NCBI GenBank assembly: GCA_035363255.1
Contig: DAOSES010000005.1
Location: 5,436-69,435 of the forward strand
Length of the DNA stretch: 64,000 nt
DNA from: Caldisericia bacterium
Lineage (GTDB): Bacteria > Caldisericota > Caldisericia > UBA6126
Direction of reading: 5' to 3'
Shown: in pieces, positions 46,926-57,500 of the stretch
Layout of the letters: the number at the start of each line of letters is the position of its first letter
Position numbering within the stretch: the first letter of the stretch is position 1
The notes under the pieces: generated by a model
The model's input: only the letters and a program-made list of their open reading frames with translations
The model's database searches: none
What the model was told of the DNA's origin: nothing
Translations under genes and position numbers: made by a program

Positions 46926-47523
46926 GTTCTTTTTCCACAGACTGCAAACATGCAGAAAATCGATCGAGACAGCTTTGTTTCATTGCATTGGCTTCATTCA
47001 TCATGCTTTGAACCATATTTTCATCTTTGATGGAAGCCGCATTGATCAAGATGTTCAAATAAGCTCCCTCGACTGCGGTTCGGAGCAGGGAAGAAGCTGA
47101 GCCAAGATCGCTGATCATGCTTTTTTTGCATACTTCAGCTAGCCGGGTAAGGTGCTTACTAGCTTCGAAACAAGACTGCATAGTTTTTAATGGCACAGAA
47201 GCTGCATGTTGAATAGCTTTTTGCATGGCTTGTCTGCGAAGGGCTTTTTGATCTTCAGTTTCTTTGGCTAAGCGCATAGCTTCCATATATGCATTGAATG
47301 ATTCGGCATCCTCATCAATCAGGGCGATCAAGTGGTCTGACAGAGCTTTAAGGCTTGGAAGCATATCATTGTCTGGCTCCAATTCAGCATAAGAAGCCAC
47401 CATCAGCAAGAGACCACAACCCATGGCTCCACTGGCAGCTGCTGCAGATCCCCCTCCAGGGGTGGGAGTTTTTGAAGCCAGGGCATTAACAAAATCCTGA
47501 ACAGCAAGCATACTTAATTTCAT
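46912..47523 (-). CDS. cyclodeaminase/cyclohydrolase family protein (FTCD C-terminal domain-like)
   Basis: TPTPGGGSAAAASGAMGCGLLLMV motif characteristic of formiminotransferase-cyclodeaminase / methenyl-THF cyclohydrolase-like proteins. Confidence 0.7.
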   Translation of the reverse strand: MKLSMLAVQDFVNALASKTPTPGGGSAAAASGAMGCGLLLMVASYAELEPDNDMLPSLKALSDHLIALIDEDAESFNAYMEAMRLAKETEDQKALRRQAMQKAIQHAASVPLKTMQSCFEASKHLTRLAEVCKKSMISDLGSASSLLRTAVEGAYLNILINAASIKDENMVQSMMNEANAMKQSCLDRFSACLQSVEKELALP

Positions 47524-47600
47524 AGTTTACCTTATCTCCAATTCCTCATATAATGTAGTTCTAGTATTAGTATATAAAATATAGGGGGAAGTGTGCAACT

Positions 47601-48893
47601 ATGAAGCAGGTGTTTTTAGTCGGTCGATATTCGGTAGGCAAATCTTCCCTTTTCAATCGCATCACTGGAAGGCGCAATCTTGTCATGGAAGACAAAGGCA
47701 CCACTCGCGATATCATCCAGTTTTCCTATGAGTTTCAAGGCAACGATTATCTCCTCTCCGATTCTGCTGGTCTTGAGTCCATTACCGCCGAATCCATTCT
47801 CAGTATCCAACAGGAAATGATCATCCAGGAAATGAAACGATCTAATGTGATTGTGCTGGTGGTGGATGGGACCGCAGGTATTGTTCCTCAGGACAGAGAG
47901 CTCCTGGAGTTTTTACGCAAACACCACTTACTCAAAAAGACGGTGCTGGCAGTCAACAAATGCGATCGCAAGCATTTTCACCCCGAGGAATTTTATGAAC
48001 TTGGACTTAACGCCATATACCCCACTTCAGCAGCCGATGGTAGCGGAGTCTATGAGCTCATGGAAGCTATCGCAGAAATGAGCGGAGAGCATCCTGAAGC
48101 TCAGGATGTTCCTGAAAGTCGCGTCATTACCCTGGTTGGCAAACCCAATGCCGGAAAATCCACTCTAATGAACGCCTTGTCTGGCAAAGAGCGTTCTTTG
48201 GTCAGTAGTCAAGAATTTACCACTCGCGATCCCGTCAGAGAAATGATCAAACGTGGAGAGCAAGCCTTCACCCTGGTAGATACCGCAGGCATCCGATCCC
48301 GCTGGATGCACCAATTTGGTACCGTCTATCTCAGTATGAGGCGCACAGTTCGCGAGATTCGACTCGCTCAATTAGTCTTGTTTTTGCTTGATGCTGAGCA
48401 AGATATTGCTCGAGAAGATCAAAAAATAGCCCGTACTCTGCTGGACGAAAAAAAGGCCTGCGTCGTTGCTGTCAACAAAAAAGATCTTATCGAAGATCGC
48501 GAGGCCTTCCAACATATCATGCAAACCCGCCTTCGCTTTTTAGATGTTTATCCAGTGGTTTATATCTCAGCCCTCAAACGAGAAGGCTTTGAAGAAATGT
48601 TCAACACGCTTCAACAAGTCTATGAAGCCCACCACAAAAAGATTCCAACCCCCCAGATCAACCGAGTGCTTCAACGTATCATGTCGGAACATCCTCTTCC
48701 CATTGGAGGTCTCAAGATCTTGTATGCTACCCAGGTGTCCTGTGCTCCGCCCACTATTCTCTTTTTTGTCAACCACAAAGAGTTTTTCACCGATTCCATC
48801 CTCAACTACTTCAAAAAACATCTCACCCAGGAGCTTGGGCTCAAGGGTAGTCCTGTCCAGATACATGTGCGCAACCGCAGAGAAAAAGCATGA
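47601..48893 (+). CDS. der: ribosome-associated GTPase Der/EngA (two G domains + KH-like domain)
   Basis: First G domain VGRYSVGKSSLFN. Second G domain VGKPNAGKSTLMNAL, DTAGIR, NKKD. Confidence 0.9.
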   Translation: MKQVFLVGRYSVGKSSLFNRITGRRNLVMEDKGTTRDIIQFSYEFQGNDYLLSDSAGLESITAESILSIQQEMIIQEMKRSNVIVLVVDGTAGIVPQDRELLEFLRKHHLLKKTVLAVNKCDRKHFHPEEFYELGLNAIYPTSAADGSGVYELMEAIAEMSGEHPEAQDVPESRVITLVGKPNAGKSTLMNALSGKERSLVSSQEFTTRDPVREMIKRGEQAFTLVDTAGIRSRWMHQFGTVYLSMRRTVREIRLAQLVLFLLDAEQDIAREDQKIARTLLDEKKACVVAVNKKDLIEDREAFQHIMQTRLRFLDVYPVVYISALKREGFEEMFNTLQQVYEAHHKKIPTPQINRVLQRIMSEHPLPIGGLKILYATQVSCAPPTILFFVNHKEFFTDSILNYFKKHLTQELGLKGSPVQIHVRNRREKA

Positions 48894-49900
48894 GTTGGAA
48901 AGTCAGCGTCATAGGTGCTGGAGCTTGGGGCACTACCATGGCTTTGCTCCTTGCCAAAAAAGGTCATCAGGTTACCCTATGGGAAAATTTTCCTGAGCAG
49001 TGCCAGGAGCTTCAACGCAAAAAAGAAAACACTCGTTATCTTCCTGGGGTTTGTCTTGAAAACCCCCAACTCACCTTTTCCTCAGAGCTTTCATCTGTCC
49101 TCAGATCTGCAGACTTAATTATCCTTGCCACCCCATCCAAATTTTTAGAACAATTCTTACCCAAAATGCTCCCACATCTCAATTCACAGCAACTTTTTCT
49201 TTCACTGGTCAAAGGGATTCTTCCGCGACCTGTGCCCCGTCTCCTGCTTGAAGATATTCAAGAGCTTCTTCCTATTCTTCGTCCTTCCCACATGGCGGTG
49301 CTTTCGGGTCCCAACTTTGCCAAAGAAATAGCGCTTGATCTTCCAGCAGCTACGGTCATATCTGCTCCAGACACTGCTTATCTCCAAGAACTTCAAAACT
49401 ATCTATCCACCCCAAACTTTCGTGTTTATACCAACCCCGATCTTATTGGAGTCCAGCTCGGAGGGATCATGAAAAATGTTATCGCCATTGCGGGGGGTCT
49501 TTTAGATGGTCTTCATATGGGATACAATGCCAAATCTTCCCTTATAGTCAGGGGTACCAGCGAAATGAGTCGTTTGTTTGTGGCGATGGGAGCCCAGCAA
49601 GAAACTCTTTATGGTCTCTCGGGCCTGGGCGACCTGATTGGCACCTGCACCAGCCCTCTCAGTAGAAACTGGTGGGCAGGCACCCAACTTGCTACAGGGA
49701 TCAGCTATGCAGAGCTTCAACGCACCACTGGCACTACCGTGGAAGGTATTGACTCTCTGCCAGGTTTGCTCAATTTAGCCCAAAGCCTCAAGATAGAGCT
49801 TCCTATCAGCCAGGAAATTTACGCCATTGCCTTTCAACAAAAAGATATTCGTCAGTCTCTCCAGGAGTTAATGTCTCGCAAACTCCGCACCGAAAGCTAA
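48890..49900 (+). CDS. gpsA: NAD(P)H-dependent glycerol-3-phosphate dehydrogenase
   Basis: Rossmann motif VIGAGAWGTTMALLLA. Conserved der-gpsA adjacency, with a 4-nt overlap. Confidence 0.9.
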   Translation: MSWKVSVIGAGAWGTTMALLLAKKGHQVTLWENFPEQCQELQRKKENTRYLPGVCLENPQLTFSSELSSVLRSADLIILATPSKFLEQFLPKMLPHLNSQQLFLSLVKGILPRPVPRLLLEDIQELLPILRPSHMAVLSGPNFAKEIALDLPAATVISAPDTAYLQELQNYLSTPNFRVYTNPDLIGVQLGGIMKNVIAIAGGLLDGLHMGYNAKSSLIVRGTSEMSRLFVAMGAQQETLYGLSGLGDLIGTCTSPLSRNWWAGTQLATGISYAELQRTTGTTVEGIDSLPGLLNLAQSLKIELPISQEIYAIAFQQKDIRQSLQELMSRKLRTES

Positions 49901-49913
49901 GTTTTTTTCTTTT

Positions 49914-49941
49914 TTGTAAATTTAAAAAAGCATTGTATAAT
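49914..49941 (+). promoter_or_regulatory. strong sigma-70-type promoter for the tRNA-Pro pair
   Basis: TTGTAA (49914-49919), 16-nt spacer, TATAAT (49936-49941), about 15 nt upstream of the first tRNA. Confidence 0.55.
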
Positions 49942-49956
49942 ACTTGATGATTTAGT

Positions 49957-50034
49957 CGGAGCGTGGCGCAGTTTGGCTAGCGCACCAGCATGGGGTGCTG
50001 GGGGTCGGAAGTTCGAATCTTCTCGCTCCGACCA
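49957..50034 (+). tRNA. tRNA-Pro (anticodon GGG), CCA encoded
   Basis: CGGAGCG TG GCGC AGTTTGGCTA GCGC A CCAGC ATGGGGT GCTGG GGGTC GGAAG TTCGAAT CTTCT CGCTCCG A CCA: cloverleaf with anticodon GGG. Confidence 0.9.
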
Positions 50035-50053
50035 TTTTTTTTTGAAACAACCT

Positions 50054-50130
50054 CGGGAAGTGGCTCAGCTTGGTAGAGCGCTTGGTTCGGGACTAAGAGG
50101 TCGCGGGTTCGAATCCCGCCTTCCCGACCA
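50054..50130 (+). tRNA. tRNA-Pro (anticodon CGG), CCA encoded
   Basis: CGGGAAG TG GCTC AGCTTGGTA GAGC G CTTGG TTCGGGA CTAAG AGGTC GCGGG TTCGAAT CCCGC CTTCCCG A CCA: cloverleaf with anticodon CGG. Confidence 0.9.
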
Positions 50131-50258
50131 AAAACGATCCTGTTCTTCCCAAACTCGTATCTCAAGTCAGTTCAAAGACCAATGATTCTATCTCCAAACA
50201 TACCTCTTGTATCCAAATCATGTATAATTAAAAAGAAAGTAAATGAATGTAAAAGGTC

Positions 50259-52013
50259 GTGGTGACACAGATGGAAGAAAAAAATTTAGATGTATTAAGG
50301 CATTCTTGTGCACATCTTATGGCGCAAGCACTAAAACGTTTATATGGAGAGGTCAGTCTCGGGATCGGTCCCTCTATCGAGAACGGATTTTATTATGACA
50401 TCGATATGGAACATCGACTTGTACCCGAAGATTTAGCTCTTATCGAAGAAGAAATGAAAAAAATAGCTCAGGAAAATCTCCCCATCCTTCCCAAAACCAT
50501 CCTCCGAGAGCAGGCAATCCAACTTTTTACACAACGCAAAGAGCCCTACAAGCTCGAACTTATCAAAGAGCTTCCCCACGACGAACCCATTCACGTTTTT
50601 GAACAGGGCGAATTCGCTGATCTTTGCAAGGGTCCTCATCTCGAAAAAACCGGGCAGATCCGTTTCTTTAAGTTGCTTTCTATCGCTGGAGCTTACTGGA
50701 AAGGTAGCGAACACAACCCCATGCTTCAACGCATCTATGGCACTGCCTTCTATACCAAAGACGAACTCAAAGCCTATCTATTCCAACTCGAAGAAGCAAA
50801 AAAACGCGATCACCGAAAACTCGGAAAAGATCTGAAACTTTTCTTTTTTGATGAAGCTGTCGGCAGTGGTCTTCCCCTCTGGTTGCCCCGGGGAGCCAAA
50901 CTCCGCGACATCATCGAACGCTACGAAATGGACCTTCATGAGTGCCATGGATATAGCATTATTCGCACTCCACATCTTGGTTTTGCAGGTCTGTGGCACA
51001 CCTCGGGTCATCTATCCTTTTATCGTGATTCCATGTATCCCGAAATGGATGTAGATCACCAACAATACATCGTAAAACCCATGAATTGCCCCTTCCACAT
51101 GACAGTTTACAAAAACGATATGCACAGCTATCGCGAGCTTCCTATCCGGCTGTTTGAGCTTGCCAGCGTTTATCGCAACGAAAAATCGGGCGTACTTCAC
51201 GGGCTTTTACGAGTGCGAGGCTTTACCCAGGACGATGCCCACATTTTTTGCACCGAAGACCAGCTCGAACAAGAAATCTGCAATGCTATGCAACTTACCA
51301 AAAAGATGCTATCTGATTTTGGCTTTACTCAATACAAAATCTACCTCAGTGTTCGAGACCCCAAACAACTCACTGGCAAATACATAGGAGATCCCTCCCA
51401 ATGGGACATGATCGAACAAAAATACGAACAAATCATCCAGCGAATGGGTCTGGACTATCAGGTAGATCCTGGGGAAGCCAAATTTTACGGGCCAGCCATC
51501 GATCTTAAAATCAAAGATGCCTTGGGTAGAGAGTGGCAATGCACCACTATTCAAGTAGATTTCAACCTTCCATCCAAATTTGAACTAAGCTACATCGGGG
51601 AAGATGGTCAGGCTCATGTTCCTTTTGTGATCCATAGAGCCTTATTAGGCTCCATGGAGCGATTTATCAGCGTTTTGTTGGAGCATTATGGTGGCGACCT
51701 CCCCCTTTGGCTCGCTCCAGAGCAGGTGCGTCTTGTACCAATATCCGACGAACAGCTTGATTACTTGTCCGAAGTGGAACAAATACTCAGACATGAGGGG
51801 CTTCGCGTTGAAGTTGATCGACGCAATGAGCGGATGAATTCCAAAATTCGTCTCGCAGAGCACGAAAAAATCCCCTTTGTTGTTGTGGCAGGCAAAAAAG
51901 AAGCCGAAGATAAAACGCTTTCCATTCGAAAGCGCCATGGTGAGAATCTCGGAGAAATGGATGTGAGTTCTTTTGCAGAGCTTTTAAAAAAACAGATCTG
52001 CGAAAAAAGCTAA
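50259..52013 (+). CDS. thrS: threonyl-tRNA synthetase (short form lacking the N-terminal TGS domain)
   Basis: Editing-domain HxxxH motif (LRHSCAHLMAQA) and class II aaRS motifs, plus a C-terminal anticodon-binding domain. Start is GTG 50259 or ATG 50271. Confidence 0.9.
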   Translation: MVTQMEEKNLDVLRHSCAHLMAQALKRLYGEVSLGIGPSIENGFYYDIDMEHRLVPEDLALIEEEMKKIAQENLPILPKTILREQAIQLFTQRKEPYKLELIKELPHDEPIHVFEQGEFADLCKGPHLEKTGQIRFFKLLSIAGAYWKGSEHNPMLQRIYGTAFYTKDELKAYLFQLEEAKKRDHRKLGKDLKLFFFDEAVGSGLPLWLPRGAKLRDIIERYEMDLHECHGYSIIRTPHLGFAGLWHTSGHLSFYRDSMYPEMDVDHQQYIVKPMNCPFHMTVYKNDMHSYRELPIRLFELASVYRNEKSGVLHGLLRVRGFTQDDAHIFCTEDQLEQEICNAMQLTKKMLSDFGFTQYKIYLSVRDPKQLTGKYIGDPSQWDMIEQKYEQIIQRMGLDYQVDPGEAKFYGPAIDLKIKDALGREWQCTTIQVDFNLPSKFELSYIGEDGQAHVPFVIHRALLGSMERFISVLLEHYGGDLPLWLAPEQVRLVPISDEQLDYLSEVEQILRHEGLRVEVDRRNERMNSKIRLAEHEKIPFVVVAGKKEAEDKTLSIRKRHGENLGEMDVSSFAELLKKQICEKS

Positions 52014-52084
52014 GCACTTTAGCTTGACATTCTTTTAAACTTCAGGTAATAAAGTATGGAAATTTTTTTTGATGGAGGTAATGT

Positions 52085-52603
52085 ATTACACAGCGACATA
52101 GAACTAATCAGGCCATCGCCGCTAAAGAGATTAGGCTCATTGATGAAAATGGTCATCAGGTTGGGCTGACCCTCACGCTCGAGGCTCTCCGAAGAGCCCG
52201 GGAAGTTGGATTGGATCTTGTGGAAATTGCTCCACACAGTAATCCTCCCGTATGCAAGATTATGGATTACGGCAAATTCATATATGAAACTGCCAAAAAG
52301 ACCCGCGAATCCAAAAAAAAGCAGGTGTCCAACGATCTAAAAACGATTAAAATTCGTTTAAATATTGGCGAATCTGATTTTTTGGTAAAGGTCTCACGAA
52401 TTATAGAGTTCCTGGAGGACGGCGATAAAGTCAAAATGATGATATTGTTCAAGGGTCGGGAAATCATTTATAAACAGAGAGGCTTCGAGATTTTGGAACG
52501 TATCGCTGAAACGGTCCAAAAGCATGGACATATCGAACGTAAGCCCAAGCTTGAAGGCAGAAATATTATCGCCATCATAGCTCCAATTTCAAAGAAAGGA
52601 TAA
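52085..52603 (+). CDS. infC: translation initiation factor IF-3, initiating at an ATT codon
   Basis: Frame open from 52082 after an in-frame TAA. GGAGG at 52074-52078 lies 6 nt before ATT 52085. Translation ITQRHRTNQAIAAKEIRLIDENGHQVGLTLTLEALRRAREVGLDLVEIAPHSNPPVCKIMDYGKF... matches the IF-3 N-domain. The ORF track (52211) starts at an internal Met. Confidence 0.75.
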   Translation: MTQRHRTNQAIAAKEIRLIDENGHQVGLTLTLEALRRAREVGLDLVEIAPHSNPPVCKIMDYGKFIYETAKKTRESKKKQVSNDLKTIKIRLNIGESDFLVKVSRIIEFLEDGDKVKMMILFKGREIIYKQRGFEILERIAETVQKHGHIERKPKLEGRNIIAIIAPISKKG

Positions 52604-52607
52604 GAAT

Positions 52608-52814
52608 ATGAAAAACAAAATTAGGTCTTGCCGAGGAGCGATGAAACGCTTCAAGGTAACAGGCACCGGAAAAATAATGTATATGCCTACCGGGCACAGT
52701 CATTTCATGGAAAAAAAATCTGCAGGCACCAAAGCTGGTCAGCGTTGTCAGCGTGAAGTTCCAAAATCTGACTACAAAAATGTTCGAGCCCGTATCATCA
52801 ACGTCAAACTTTAA
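52608..52814 (+). CDS. rpmI: 50S ribosomal protein L35
   Basis: 68 aa, with the KRFKVTGTGK motif. Confidence 0.85.
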   Translation: MKNKIRSCRGAMKRFKVTGTGKIMYMPTGHSHFMEKKSAGTKAGQRCQREVPKSDYKNVRARIINVKL

Positions 52815-52846
52815 ACCCTATCTAAAATAGACCAAGGAGAAAACAG

Positions 52847-53203
52847 ATGAGAGTAAAAGGTGGCTTTACCCGCAGACAAAGGGTAAAAAAAATACTAAAA
52901 AGAGCAAAAGGTTTTAGAGGAGCCTCCTCCCGCCAATTTTGTGTAGCCAAAGAAAAAGTACTTCATGCCGAACGTTACCAATATGTCAGCCGCAGGATCC
53001 TGAAGCGTGATATGCGAGCCCTCTGGATTCAACGCATCAATATTGCTGTCAGACTCAACGATCCAGACATGAATTATTCCACATTTATTCATGGTCTCAA
53101 AAATGCAGCCATCGATCTTGACAGAAAAGTTCTTGCTCAAATGGCTGTTGACAACAAGGAAGCCTTCTCCCAAATAGTACAGACTGCCAAAAACGCCCTC
53201 TAA
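52847..53203 (+). CDS. rplT: 50S ribosomal protein L20
   Basis: [25 protein letters not shown]... matches L20. RBS AAGGAG. Confidence 0.95.
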   Translation: MRVKGGFTRRQRVKKILKRAKGFRGASSRQFCVAKEKVLHAERYQYVSRRILKRDMRALWIQRINIAVRLNDPDMNYSTFIHGLKNAAIDLDRKVLAQMAVDNKEAFSQIVQTAKNAL

Positions 53204-53216
53204 ACCAGGAATTTCC

Positions 53217-54554
53217 ATGGGAAATTACTTTGGCACAGATGGCATTCGCGGGATAGCTTCCACTGTATTATCACCCGAAAAGGTGCTATACATCGGGCAG
53301 GCTATAGGGCGTTATGCCCTAGAAACCTGCAAATCCAGTGAGTGCTGGATAGGTATTGGCAAAGACACCCGGCTATCAGGAGACACCATCGAACATGCTC
53401 TTGTTGCTGGTTTGCTTTCCATGGGAGTTTCTGTCAAGAGTTTTGGTATTTTACCCACCCCAGGCATTGCTCGAATACTTCGCATCGAAAATTGCCATCT
53501 CGGAATAGTAATTTCCGCTTCCCACAATCCTGTTGAATACAATGGGCTGAAAGTATTTGCAGGTCAAGGCATCAAACTTAACGATGAGCAGGAAGCCCGA
53601 ATCGAATACTGGATAGAAAAAGCAAAACTCGGTCTTCCTCTTTCCAAACACCCTGGAAGCCATCTTCTCTACGACCGTGCCCCCACAGACTATACCCAGT
53701 CCATACTCAATCAATACCCCAAACTACGTCTCGATGGCATCAAAATTGCTGTCGATTGTGCCTATGGCGCCACCTGGTTCACCACTCCCCATGTGTTAGA
53801 GCAATTGGGTGCTCAGGTTTTCGCAGTTGCCAACACTCCCGATGGTTCTCGCATCAACGTCAATTGCGGATCCACCTACCCCGACTTTATTCAGGAAGCA
53901 GCTACCCAAGAGGCATTTCCCTATGATATAGCTTTTTCTCATGATGGCGATGGCGATCGAGTGCTTGCACATTATCAAGGCCAATTGGTGGATGGCGATC
54001 ATATGCTCGCCCTAACCGCACTATTTCGCCAAAAGCGGTCCAATCTCCAACCATCCACCATCGTCGGCACCGTCATGACCAACTCCGGCATCGAACACTT
54101 CCTTAGCAAAACCCAGATTCATATGCATCGCTCTCCAGTTGGAGATCGCTACGTTCTCGAAGATATGCTCCGACTCAAAGCCCCCATGGGGGGAGAACAA
54201 TCAGGACACCTTATTTATATTGACAAAGGTTTTACTGGGGATGGTCTGGTTTCCATCCTCGAAACCCTCCAAGCATTAGTTCCCAATGATTTTCACAAAC
54301 TTGATGAAATTCAGCAAATTCCCCTCCTGTCCCAGGTTCTTCTCAACATCAAAGTCAAAGACAAGCAAACCGTACTTCAATCCAAGCGTTTTTCAAGCGA
54401 ACTGGAAAAAATACAAAATGAGTATCCTCAGGTAAGACTCGTTGTTCGCCCTTCTGGCACAGAGCCCTTATTTAGAATTCTGACGGAAGCACCTGATCCT
54501 GCCCTGGCTAAGCAATTAGCCCAGCATTTGGCCGATCTGGCTGTCTCTTTATAA
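53217..54554 (+). CDS. glmM: phosphoglucosamine mutase
   Basis: GTDGIRG N-terminus and the active-site Ser loop SASHNPVEYNGLK. Confidence 0.9.
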   Translation: MGNYFGTDGIRGIASTVLSPEKVLYIGQAIGRYALETCKSSECWIGIGKDTRLSGDTIEHALVAGLLSMGVSVKSFGILPTPGIARILRIENCHLGIVISASHNPVEYNGLKVFAGQGIKLNDEQEARIEYWIEKAKLGLPLSKHPGSHLLYDRAPTDYTQSILNQYPKLRLDGIKIAVDCAYGATWFTTPHVLEQLGAQVFAVANTPDGSRINVNCGSTYPDFIQEAATQEAFPYDIAFSHDGDGDRVLAHYQGQLVDGDHMLALTALFRQKRSNLQPSTIVGTVMTNSGIEHFLSKTQIHMHRSPVGDRYVLEDMLRLKAPMGGEQSGHLIYIDKGFTGDGLVSILETLQALVPNDFHKLDEIQQIPLLSQVLLNIKVKDKQTVLQSKRFSSELEKIQNEYPQVRLVVRPSGTEPLFRILTEAPDPALAKQLAQHLADLAVSL

Positions 54555-54575
54555 GTCGTCAGATCCCATTACGCA

Positions 54576-57500
54576 ATGTCGATGGTTCATTTACATACCC
54601 ATTCCGAATTTAGTTTATTGGATGGACTCAATCGTATAGAGCGCATGGTTTGCGCCGTACGAGATTTGGGTCAGCATTCTCTTGCCCTTACCGACCATGG
54701 CGTCATGTATGGCGTGATTGATTTTTATAAAACCTGTCTAGCCCATAAGATTAAACCCATTATCGGCTGTGAACTATATTTTACCGACAAATCCCGCCAT
54801 CAAAAAGAATCAAGAGAAGATGCAGTCAACTATCACCTTATTCTTCTTGCCAAAAACTATCAAGGCTACCAAAACCTTTGCAAATTGGTTTCTTTAGCTC
54901 ATATCGAAGGTTTTTATTACAAGCCAAGACTCGATTGGGAGCTTCTGGAACAACACCATGAAGGTTTGGTGGCGATGTCCGCATGTATCAAGGGTCATGT
55001 GCCATACCTTCTTTTATCAGATCGCCCCGAGGAAGCTCGTCAAGTGGCTATGCGATACCAAGCTCTATTCAACGACGACTACTACCTTGAAGTTCAAAAT
55101 CATGGTCTTCCCGAGGAATTGAAAGTAAACCCTTTGCTGGCAGAGCTTGGAAAAGAACTAAACATTCCCCTGGTTGCCACTCAGGATGCCCATTATCCCT
55201 GCAGATCGGATGCCTATGCCCACGATTTACTGCTCTGTGTTCAAACCCTCAGCGACTACGACGACCCCCAGCGAATACGATTCAGCAACGACGAGTTTTA
55301 TATCAAATCTCAAGCTGAAATGCAGGAGCTTTTCAAAGAATACCCCGAAGCAGTGAGTAATACCGAGTTAATTGCTGAAAAGTGCAACATCGAGTTTGAT
55401 TTCGATCAATATCATCTGCCTGTCTATCAAAACGAAAACGTAAAAACAGTAGAAGAGCGCAAGGCATATCTCCAGGAGCTCTGCTATGCCGCATTACCCA
55501 AACGTTATGGATCTGATCCTTCTTCCGAAGTCTTAGAACGTCTCGAATACGAGCTCAAAATCATCAATGACATGCATTTTGTCGACTACTTCCTTGTCGT
55601 CCAGGATTTTGTCAATGAAGCCAAGCGGCGAAATATCTATGTAGGACCTGGCAGAGGTTCTGCAGCTGGCAGTATAGTGAGTTATCTTCTCAATATCACA
55701 GGCATTGACCCCCTCCAATACAAGCTCTATTTTGAACGTTTTCTCAATCCAGCTCGTATCAGTATGCCCGATATAGATATCGATTTTGAGGACGAACGTC
55801 GCGATGAAGTGATCGCTTATGTGCGCGAAAAATATGGAGCCTACAAAGTAGCCCAGGTAGCCACCTTTGGCAAGATGGAAGCCCGGGGAGTCATCCGAGA
55901 TGTAGCCCGAGCCTTCAAATATGATCAAAGCTGGGTCAATCGTCTCAGCAAAACCATTCCTTTTGGAAGATCCCTCGAAGAAGCCTATACCCTTTCTCCC
56001 GAGTTCAAACAAATTATAGATGAAAACGAGGATAATCGCCGGCTATATGATACTGCCAGGGATATTGAAGGGCAAACCCGCAATTTTTCTGTCCATGCCG
56101 CCGGAGTAGTGATAGGCGACACCGAGCTTTGGAACTATGTTCCCCTTCAGCTCGATAAAAACAAACATTTGGTGGTTCAATACGACAAAGACACCGTCGA
56201 AAAGATGGGTTTGCTTAAAATTGACTTTCTTGGTCTGCGCAACCTTACCGTAATTCGAGAATGTATTCAGCTCATCAACGAGCAACACCAAAAAGTCATC
56301 GATGTCGAAAAGATCCCCCTAAACGACCCTGAAGTCTTTCAGCTCTACAAAAAAGCTGCTACTAAGGGGGTATTTCAGGTCGAAAGCAGAGGAATGCGGC
56401 AAATCTTTAAAGAACTCGATCCCTCCGACATCGAAGATGTGATTGCGGTTATAGCGCTCTATCGTCCTGGTCCCATGGAGTTTATCAAGACCTTTATCCG
56501 CAACAAGGCACACCCCGAAGAAATTGTTTACGAACACCCTGTGCTTGAGCCTATTTTAAAAAACACCTACGGAATATGTGTTTATCAGGAACAGGTAATG
56601 TCCATTGCCCAGGTGATGGGTGGTTTCAGTCTCGGAGAAGCCGACTTGCTTCGAAAAGCCATGGGAAAAAAGAAAAAAGAGATTATGGAAGAGCTGAAAG
56701 GTGATTTTCTTCAGCGATCCCAAGCTCAGGGCTATACTCCAGAGGTAGCCAAAAGTATCTTCGAAAAACTGGAATTTTTTGCAGGATATGGCTTCAACCG
56801 TGCTCATGCCGCTGCTTATGGGCTTATCTCCTACCAAACCGCATGGTTCAAGGTCAGATACCCTGTCGAATATATGACCGCTCTTCTCAACAGCGTCAAA
56901 GACGACGAAAAAAAGCTTTCCGAGTATATTGCCGAATGCTATCAAATGAAAATAGAAGTGCTCCCTCCAGACATCAATCAGAGCCAAATCCATTTTACCA
57001 TTGAAAACAATAAGATCCGTTTTGCCCTTCTGGCAATAAAAAATGCTGGCAAAATCGCCTTAGAGCTAATCATCGAAAATCGTCAACAACAAGGACCTTT
57101 CCGCCACTACACCGATTTTGCCAAACGGATGAGCAGTGGAAAAGTCAACAAAAAAGTCATCGAATCTCTTATCAAAGCGGGTGCCTTTGATGTTTTTGAA
57201 GCTGATAGAACTTTTCTTCTTCAGCACATCGATGGAAACTGTGAGCCGGAAGTATCGCTTTTCGGAGCTTTGGAGCCATCACCTTCGCCCTTGGAAAAAA
57301 AACCAGTCAAAATAGATTATCATCAACATATGCACTACGAGAAAGAAGCTCTGGGTTTTTACTTTTCCATGCATCCCTTTGCTCCCTATCTCGAGACCTA
57401 TCCAGACTTCGCCTGCCCTCCCATCGAAGAGCTTCAAGAAGAAATTCCCGAACAAGAAATTCTGGTGGAAGTGTTTGGCTTGATTGAAAGTATTCGTCAA

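Noticed and set aside
50131-50258. Possible T-box riboswitch leader upstream of thrS
   Set aside because: The leader is only ~130 nt, too short for a T-box (~250 nt), and no T-box consensus (AGGGUGGNACCGCG) was seen.
52005-52025. Hairpin AGCTAAG-CACT-TTAGCTT just after the thrS stop
   Set aside because: It has no downstream T-tract. It is more likely part of the infC translational operator region than an intrinsic terminator.
53221-53245. TGGCAC-N5-GCATT resembling a sigma-54 -24/-12 element
   Set aside because: It lies inside the glmM coding start, and the -12 element is GCAT rather than TTGC. Judged coincidental.
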